Below are positions 10,501 to 17,511 of a stretch of DNA of 20,000 bases, piece after piece; position 1 is the stretch's first letter; each line of letters starts with the position of its first letter. Position numbers and translations under genes: made by a program. This DNA is from Catajapyx aquilonaris (lineage: Eukaryota): positions 56,573 through 76,572 of the forward strand of contig KZ538382.1 of assembly GCA_000934665.2 (NCBI GenBank), given 5' to 3'. The notes beneath the pieces are model-generated. The model was not told where the DNA came from. It searched no databases and saw only the letters and a program-made list of their open reading frames with translations.

Positions 10501-13500
10501 GCTGATAGAGAGAAGGTACGTTCTATACTGACATATCGAAACGCCCTGCGACATCCTATGGATATCCACTGAATCTCCACTGGATATTGTGATATCCATA
10601 GGATGTCACTGTGCTACTTGGGATATTGTTGATGTCGCTGACCATTCGGATGATCATGTCCTAATGTAGAAGTCTCTGCCTCTTCAGAGCTTGTTTGCCG
10701 GGCAGGGACTCAACGACAACCAGTGGCACTCGATGAGGCTCACTCGAAGAGGTCCGAGCATTCGGCTCAAAGTGGATGACGAGGCTGCAGTGTTGGGTGA
10801 GTGCCTTTCCTGCCCATGTCATATAGCTTCTGGTGCCGTCACAAAGCCACAAATATTTGGGCCATTTAATGTCGTGTAAAAGTGTACCTATCATGGTCCA
10901 TTGAATGCTGTGGTAAGTGGAGGGCCCCGAGTCACGCGAGGTCATGAAGTTTACGATATTGCTTGAAACGTCGTAAATTCGGACCCCGTATCTTTTGTGT
11001 TCACTCATCCTACCACCATAAAGCTTACAGCTCCCTTAAAGCATCGCCTTTTGCTTCAAAAGTGGTACCATGTAGCACTTACGTGTTAATGTGTTGCAGC
11101 TGAACTTGCTGGGAGGAGTAACACCTTGGAGATGCACACCCTGCATGTTGGTGGTTTATTCCACAAAGAGGAGGAGCTGCAAATGACCTCTTCCACCCCC
11201 AATTTTATCGGGCACCTCCAGCAGTTGGTGTTCAATGGACACTCACTGTTCGAGATGGCCCGTCTCAGCCAACTGCCCAATCTAGAAGTCACGGCGAAAT
11301 TCGGAAAGAAGGAGCAGATCATACACCATCCAGTCACCTTCAAGACGAAGCATGCTTTCGTTGGGCTTCCTCAGCTCAAGGCATACACCAGCACCAACCT
11401 GTACTTCCAGTTTAAGACACTGGAACCCAATGGACTCATCCTGTACAATGCTGGGAAAGGACAGGATTTTGTGGCTATCGAGATTGTCAATGGTCATCTT
11501 CACTACATATTCAATCTTGGTGATGGGCCTGTCCGGGTCAGGGATAACACGAGGAACAGTCTGAATGACAACCGATGGCATGCGGTCACTATAGGGAGAC
11601 CTACCAATAAGCAGCACACTTTGATGGTGGATGAGAACATTGCAATGGTCACCAGTCTGGGCAACAATGAGAACTTGGACCTGACAGGACTGCTATACCT
11701 GGGTGGGGTGAGGGAGTCCCTGTATCCGTCACTGCCGAAACAAATTCAGTCGAGACATGGGTTTGAAGGGTGCATTGCCAGCCTTGACCTCAACGGGGAA
11801 GCTCCTGATCCCATAGCTGATGCTCTTGTGCCTAGCACGCTGGTCATTTCTGGATGTGATGGTATGGTTATATTGATTCGAACATCAATAGAGGGATTAA
11901 TGATCTATTTTTAATGCAGGTCCCAGTACAAAGTGCAGCTTTAACGTGTGTGCCAATAGGGGAGTATGCGTCCAGCAGTGGAATTCTTATGCATGCGACT
12001 GTGATATGACTTCCTTCACAGGACCCACCTGTTCAGATGGTATGTCTTTCATAGTTTGTGAAGTGTCATGTGCAGTTGTGTTCATGAACATGTGTGGTTT
12101 CAGAATCAGTTGCGTATGAGTTCGGCCCAACCGGTGGTCTCCTCACTTTTGCCTATCCTGAGGACAAACGTCCAGACAGCAAGAATGACCTCCTGGCACT
12201 TGGATTCATGACCTCTGTGGAAGACGGTGTCCTAGTCCGAATTGACAGCTCCACTTCCAACGACTACATGGAACTGGAGGTGGTTGAAGGGAATGTGTTC
12301 ATGGTGTACAACATGGGGACTGAAGACCATCCGATAGGAGAGCTGAACGTGAAGGTGAACGACGGCGCTTACCACGTGGTCCGATTCACCCGGTCTGGAG
12401 CTAACGCCACTCTCCAGCTGGACGACTACAGCGTTCAGACCAAGCATCCGATAGGACGGCAACTGACCGTCTTCAACAGCCAGTGGAGGATACAGATGGG
12501 TGGGAGATGGAACGACCAGAAGCAGCAGCTGGAGCGGCCTCTGCACGGACTGGTGTCTGGACTCGTGTTCAACGGGCTGAAGGTGATGGATCTAGCAACG
12601 GACAAGGATCATCGGGTGTCCCTCCGAGGGGATGCCCGCCTCCTGATGACCATTCCATACGACTTCAAAGCGGCGCAGAGGCCGGGTCCTGACCAGCTGC
12701 TAAGTATGCAGCAGACGCCGGCCTTGGGGTATCCAAACGTGCTGGACGACTTGATTTTCTCAGGGGCAGGGTCGGGGTGCAGCGCAGACGACGAGGACGA
12801 GTGCATCCCCGTCTTTGACACGGGGTCAGGCGACGACCTGATCACCCCTGTGTACGTGCCTCCGACCAGGCCCCCGACGCTGGCACCCAAACCCAGCACC
12901 ACTTTTCCGGATGTCAGCAAGACTTGCGATGACGAGGATTGCTTCGTTGGTTCTGGATCCGGAGAAGTCACCACTGAGGATGGGTACTTTACCCCTTCGG
13001 TCAGCAGTAAAGGTCAGTGTCACCCGAAGAGGCTGCCCTTTTTATTAGAGAGTAGTAGTTTAAGTACCGTAATTAATTCTGCAGTTGAAGAGGCAAAGTA
13101 TACCAAGGTATTGTCTAATTGCATGACAGCTTCCGTAAGTACATCATATCGCACATGTTTTAGTACATTGCACATGTCCTATGTTTATTTTTCCATTGTG
13201 AGTACAAGTCATATAAGTCATTGTGTCTACATAGGTTGCTGTTGTTGTGACCATGCAGCTGGCTCACACTTTAATAATGAGTTGGCTTGTGTTTATAGGA
13301 AGGGTTTAGGGTAATAACTCAGATTACATGAATGGAAAAAAACTTGCACCACATTGTTCCTTCAGTTTCCCATTATCCTTGTTATAAGCACATGCCTGCC
13401 TGCTCTGTTAGTCCAAGTCTATTAGAATTATACGTATTAATGTAATAAGTTACTTCAGTTTGCTACTTCCACTTAATTACATCGTGTACTTTAGCGACAT

Positions 13501-14870
13501 TTACGCTATAGTTAGACTAACTCTTTTCAAGCCAGTGTTTCATTTATATTACTTTTAACCACTATATGCTGGTCTTGTATATATTATAGCTGGACTACTA
13601 CAGTGCTCCACACATAATCAAGATCATATTTTTAGCCCATACATCTGAACTTGTTATAATTATGAAACACTGATTTTTTTGCCTAGTTTCAAATCAGATT
13701 TGTACTTGTCACTCAATTAATTTTCCACCAAAAGCCCCAAACTTTCACGTTCTAATGAATCACTGGTTGCTCAAAAATAATTTAACTCATTCTGTGCATG
13801 AATTTTTGCTCGAGGGATGGTAGCACATGGCTAATTGTGCAATTCCACGTAAGTGCACTCTCTGTCAAGATCATAGCCTGTGAGAATGACTTGGATGAGA
13901 GGAATGTTTTTCACATTCTGGAAATCCGCACTCTTTGCTTCTCTATAGGGAGGGGGATGACATAAGCCGGATTATATCAGTGTGTTTTATTGTTGCTTAT
14001 TGTTGGACAACAATGAAACACTTTGGATGCAATTCGGCCTTAGCTTGCAATACTTACGCGGCCTTGCACAACCAGCAGCAATTGCTGGAAATACACATCG
14101 ACAATCTCAACAATATTTTCTCCAAATTTCCTCGTACAGGTGTGCCAACAGTCCCGCAAGGTCCCGGCGGTGCCTCAACCCCTGGCGAACTGGACCCCCA
14201 TTCCCCCCACACCACGGTCACAGGGGGGTTTGGCACCCGGGTCACCCCCTCAGGACCCCAACCCCGCCCAGGGTCCAGCACCCCCTCCTCCGAAACCCCC
14301 TCTCCACCATCCCCACCCCCGCCTCCCCCACCTCCAACCCCTCCACCGACCCCACCCCTATATGTGTTCCCAGACATCGGTATAGACACCCGTCCGGATC
14401 TTCCTCCATACCCGGACGTGAAGGACAGAGATCCTAGCAGGGACCCCGGCCGCAAGATCCGGGAGCGGATCTCATCGGAGGCAGCAGAAAACACCGCCCT
14501 CATAATCGGCATAATAGCCGGTGCCATGATAGCAATAATATTGGTCATCCTGATCATCCTCAAGTTCAAGCATCGGTCTGAAGGGTCGTACAAGATAGAT
14601 GAGAGCAAGAACTACAGGTACGACCGGAGGGGGGTCGGAGGGGTGGCGGGGGGTGGGGTGATGCCAGCTGGAGGGGCGGCAGGGGGAGGTGGAGGAGGAT
14701 TGGGGGTGGCGGGTGGTGGGGTGATGGCAGGGGGCATGGGGGCCGCCCAGGGTCCTCATGCAGCGCTCCTGAATGGGAGCCAGTCGCAGCTCAATGGGAG
14801 CGTTCACAATGGGGCCTCCAATGGGAAGTTCGGGAAGAAGAGCAAGGATGTGAAAGAGTGGTACGTCTAG
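1347..14870 (+). CDS. Nrx-1: Alpha-neurexin (neurexin-1-like), 5'-partial, 12 exons: join(1347..1505,3900..4052,8976..9083,9501..9693,9814..10041,10097..10240,10298..10515,10688..10796,11100..11861,11920..12039,12104..13012,14140..14870)
   Basis: All 11 introns are GT-AG with matching phases. Exons sum to 3834 nt (1277 aa + TAG). The translation has the LNS/EGF architecture, CxxDDEDxC stalk loop, single TM helix and KEWYV* terminus typical of neurexins. Confidence 0.96.
2464..2713. mobile_element. Tc1/mariner-type MITE (250 bp) with internal long inverted repeat
   Basis: TIR CAGTGGTGGACATTAAT (2464-2480) vs ATTAATGTCCAGCACTG (2697-2713), 1 mismatch, TA on both flanks. Confidence 0.85.
2509..2633. 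repeat. 52-bp inverted repeat, 21-nt spacer, with two TGACGTCA palindromes
   Basis: Arms 2509-2560 and 2582-2633 match at 47/52 by manual alignment. Confidence 0.92.
2973..3442 (-). mobile_element. Possible decayed non-LTR retrotransposon ORF fragment (post-RT region)
   Basis: Overlapping minus-strand ORFs. [15 protein letters not shown]...GLGL resembles the IRKWLGLP...GGLGL segment downstream of RT in RLE-type LINEs. No catalytic RT motif is visible. Confidence 0.3.
3900..4052 (+). CDS. Nrx-1: Neurexin exon B: LNS2-LNS3 linker ([16 protein letters not shown]...[19 protein letters not shown])
   Basis: Acceptor tcctcccag, donor ATG|gtaagc, phase 0/0. DPVTF motif at the start of LNS3. Confidence 0.93.
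6696..6801. repeat. Small fold-back or MITE-like unit with 19-bp inverted ends and three internal TGCGCA
   Basis: TGCAGTGTGATTCCGCATC (6696-6714) vs GATGCGGAATGACGCTGCA (6783-6801), 17/19 match. No clear TSD. Confidence 0.55.
8425..8703 (-). pseudogene. Possible MULE/Mutator transposase fragment
   Basis: The minus ORF contains NA-x12-CAVHLLRA, with the spacing of the MULE NA..vFP.....CxxHlxxn motif. Single motif only. Confidence 0.3.
8976..9083 (+). CDS. Nrx-1: Neurexin exon C: LNS3 N-terminus ([36 protein letters not shown])
   Basis: Acceptor ttttgatctag, donor CAG|gtacag, phase 0/0. GSISF..RTxEPNGLL motif. Confidence 0.93.
9501..9693 (+). CDS. Nrx-1: Neurexin exon D: LNS3 core ([22 protein letters not shown]...DFITP)
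   Basis: Acceptor ccctctttgcag, donor G|gtaacg, phase 0/1. Confidence 0.95.
9814..10041 (+). CDS. Nrx-1: Neurexin exon E: LNS3 C-terminus with Gly-rich insert ([16 protein letters not shown]...GYVGCLRDL...EQDS)
   Basis: Acceptor ttttttag, donor G|gtagga, phase 1/1. Confidence 0.93.
10097..10240 (+). CDS. Nrx-1: Neurexin exon F: EGF2 ([33 protein letters not shown])
   Basis: Six-Cys EGF pattern with GWNRFxCDC. Acceptor tcgcag, donor G|gtactt, phase 1/1. This frame is not in the supplied ORF list. Confidence 0.95.
10298..10515 (+). CDS. Nrx-1: Neurexin exon G: LNS4 N-terminus ([11 protein letters not shown]...[12 protein letters not shown]...ADREK)
   Basis: Acceptor aactcag, donor AAG|gtacgt, phase 1/0. 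Confidence 0.94.
10550..10607. repeat. Perfect 17-bp inverted repeat (24-nt loop) in a short neurexin intron
   Basis: GACATCCTATGGATATC (10550-10566) / GATATCCATAGGATGTC (10591-10607). Confidence 0.9.
10688..10796 (+). CDS. Nrx-1: Neurexin exon H: LNS4 ([22 protein letters not shown]...AAVL)
   Basis: Acceptor ctctgcctcttcag, donor G|gtgagt, phase 0/1. LNDNxWH motif. Confidence 0.94.
11100..11861 (+). CDS. Nrx-1: Neurexin exon I: LNS4 C-terminus plus all of LNS5
   Basis: Acceptor gtgttgcag, donor G|gtatgg, phase 1/1. Motifs [25 protein letters not shown]. Confidence 0.96.
11920..12039 (+). CDS. Nrx-1: Neurexin exon J: EGF3 ([40 protein letters not shown])
   Basis: Six-Cys EGF pattern. Acceptor ttttaatgcag, donor G|gtatgt, phase 1/1. 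Absent from the ORF track. Confidence 0.95.
12104..13012 (+). CDS. Nrx-1: Neurexin exon K: LNS6 plus Ser-Gly/Cys-loop stalk
   Basis: Acceptor ggtttcag, donor AAAG|gtcagt, phase 1/1. Motifs [50 protein letters not shown]. The 3' boundary is less certain because the frame stays open to 13314. Confidence 0.9.
14140..14870 (+). CDS. Nrx-1: Neurexin last exon: Pro/Thr/Ser-rich stalk, TM helix (~14496-14561), Gly-rich cytoplasmic tail, PDZ-binding motif KEWYV
   Basis: Acceptor tttcctcgtacag, phase 1. Hydrophobic [22 protein letters not shown], then [18 protein letters not shown] (neurexin juxtamembrane motif) and [11 protein letters not shown]. Confidence 0.94.
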
Positions 14871-16800
14871 TCCAACAATGCAAAACCAAAGATGGTGCCC
14901 AAACGTGTGTTCAACGATTGTCAGAGAGACACAAAAAAAAAAGCTGCTTCTCCCTCTTTTTTATTACCAGTTGTTATCAGCGTTTTTTGGGTCCCCCATC
15001 TCTAAAAACAGACAAGTGGACCTCCCCATCCTCCCCTGTTTTTTAGGAGGTGGGCAGTGATTGGTGCGAAAAGAGAGATGGTATGGAATGGTCCAAATGA
15101 TTATTGCTCCTTTATGTGGGAGATCCATTATTATATCAGCCGTTTTTATATAATGACGACCTGTTTTGCACGTCATGAGCAATAATCATTTGGAAGAACG
15201 TAGCTTTCGGTCGCCAGATTGGTAATGAGGGGTGTCACCAAAAGTATGACATGCAACTTTCAATCAAAATATATAACAAGACGAGGGAAAAGTATATGAA
15301 AAAAAATAACACACATTCTTGCCAAGAATCCATCCACTTAGTGCATTCTTGACCATCACACGAATGGGGGCCAACTGTAGTCACGAGTTTTATTGGAACA
15401 GTCCATCCCAAATATAAACCGGGTATTTGAAAAAATATTAGCCTTTTTTGAGCCTCTCTAAACAGTTTTTACTCACGTACTTTTGGTCCAACCCTCACGA
15501 GTAAGAAAGCGACACGAGTGACCTGATTAGGGATGTGTCCCAACATTGTTGCGAACTGAAACCATACCGATATGTATACCTGGAAAAAAAAGCACTCCCT
15601 CCGAACATTGATACATTTAGTTAGTTTCCCTTCCCTGTGAGCTACTACTCAGCCTGGCTCAAAAAAACAAAACCAAAAAAACACTTCAGACTCTTCAAAA
15701 AAAAATATGGACGGTTGAATCCGCATCACACATGCAGTCTAGATATTCCCAGCTCCTTTCCCAAGAAGAAATATAAAATGTTGCACCATTGTTGAGGCCA
15801 TTGTCGCCTGCTCTGTAAACACTATCCTTCCTGCCCATCGGAATATGCCTTGACATACGCATATCGGTGTAGGCTAACTTTACACTCTCTATCTCTAGAT
15901 TTGATTGTGTTTTTTTTCCAAAAAAATCTCCCTTTGTCAAGTGATATGGGCGCGAGCGATGCCAATTTTGGAACGGTTCTATCGAATTAAAAATTTTACA
16001 TACCCCGCCATTCATCATGTACATATCGGATCATACTGAAATAATTGCATTTACAACAATCGACTCTTTTGTGTCATTTTACTCTCCATTTTGATACCTA
16101 CGGACCGGTTCCTACTCTTAAAAATACGGATAGTTTACGGGTGTAATCAGTAACCACTTGCATTGTGATTGGTGTCACGTCTGCCCGTACTTTGACCCTT
16201 TCATGTTCACCTACATGTCCAGTTTCTCTAAAATAACATGTGTCAGACAGTACAGTACCGGCTCCCCACCTCCTCGCGCCCTATCCCCATTTATTTTGGA
16301 CACCACAATGTATTTCTGAATTAATTTTCTGCAAATATTTGGTTTCATCCAGTGGACTACCGTGAATTTCCATTCCTGTTTCCCTTCCACGGTTTCTTAG
16401 TATTCCCCCCAGTGATGAGAGTGCTGATCAATTTTGTGCTGACCAGAATAAAATTGCTTCAGGAAGCTCCTATTTGCAAAAAATAAATGACTCTAATGAG
16501 GCAGCTTCTCACCTGAAGAAGAGGAGAAAAAAAAATGTGAAAGAAGGCAAATGCTTCCCTTTTTAGCATCGAGCTTTTGAGCCTTCGTGAACCGAAAGCC
16601 ACGTTGGATAGGTGGGGGAAAAAAGAAAAATCATATGTGACATTTGACACAGCTAAACCCACCAGTATATGTAGTTGGCGTCATCTCACAAGAACCTACC
16701 AGCTAAAAAAAGAGAAAAGAAAATGCATCCCCTGTAACATCTATGTTGTTTTATGTAAACATTTTTAATAAAACAACAAAATTTTACTCCGCATATTAAA
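14871..16800 (+). other. Probable long neurexin 3' UTR with candidate poly(A) signals
   Basis: AT-rich, no credible ORF. AATAAA at 16447, 16482 and 16767, ATTAAA at 16795. The true 3' end cannot be determined. Confidence 0.5.
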
Positions 16801-16926
16801 GTGTACTAAGCATGCTCTGTAAACAAGTACTACTGTCTGGGCAGGTGAATATGTAGAATGATAATTTTTAGGTGAAGAAACATGCAGCAATGGCCGCAAC
16901 TGGCTACTGGCTTCGTACGAGTGTAA

Positions 16927-17074
16927 AGGTCATTTCACAAAAAGATTTTGCGGCAGCGGCAAACGCGTGCCCCGCCAATTGTTATTAATTATTGGCAATA
17001 ATAAATATAAATTAATAAGAAATATGCCGCAACGCGCGCCGTTTGCCGCGCGACATTTTTTTGTGAAATGGCCT
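16927..17074. mobile_element. PIF/Harbinger (Tourist-like) MITE, 148 bp
   Basis: TIR AGGTCATTTCACAAAAA vs TTTTTGTGAAATGGCCT (16/17). TAA on both flanks (16924-16926, 17075-17077). Subterminal GCGGCAAACG/CGTTTGCCGC inverted pair. Confidence 0.85.
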
Positions 17075-17369
17075 TAATCCAGAATTCAGCCACATGAATG
17101 ATCCCGTACCGCCATGTTGGATCTGTTCCGGATAACAGCGATTCGAATGCGGCCAGCTAAAATTTACATGTTTCGCGTAGTCAGCAACACGCATGCGTAC
17201 ATTCAAACTCTCTTTTCCTATTGGCCAGTGGTTGTTGACATCTGCTGCGTAGTGAAGCGTTTAAACAGAGCCATTGTGTTTCTGTACTGGTCATGTCCGG
17301 TCGTGTCTGACGGGGACCTCGTGCCGGAAAGGAAGGAAAAGGTTCAGGAAAAGGGTACTGTTCAGGGCA

Positions 17370-17511
17370 ATGGGCAGCCGAGGTGGACTGGTGGGTCGGG
17401 GAGCCCTGATCGTGCTGGAGGGAGGAGACCGCGTGGGGAAGAGCACCCAGGCCAGGATGTTGTCCAAGGCCGACGCCCTTGCCGGCAGGTGCCAACTCAT
17501 CTCCTTCCCAG
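17370..17511 (+). CDS. DTYMK: DTYMK exon 1 (P-loop)
   Basis: gcaATGG Kozak-like start, EGGDRVGKST, donor CCAG|gtgatg. Confidence 0.9.

Noticed and set aside
12094..13314. 406-aa ORF as a standalone single-exon gene
   Set aside because: It starts at an intronic GTG, has no signal peptide, and is exon K plus intron read-through.
14054..14807. Minus-strand ORFs of 184 and 111 aa, and similar ones opposite exons E, I and K
   Set aside because: Antisense shadows of GC-rich, low-complexity neurexin coding sequence, with no independent motifs.
14870..17370. Neurexin and DTYMK as a functional unit or novel system
   Set aside because: Tandem adjacency only. Poly(A)-like signals separate them and nothing in the sequence links their functions.
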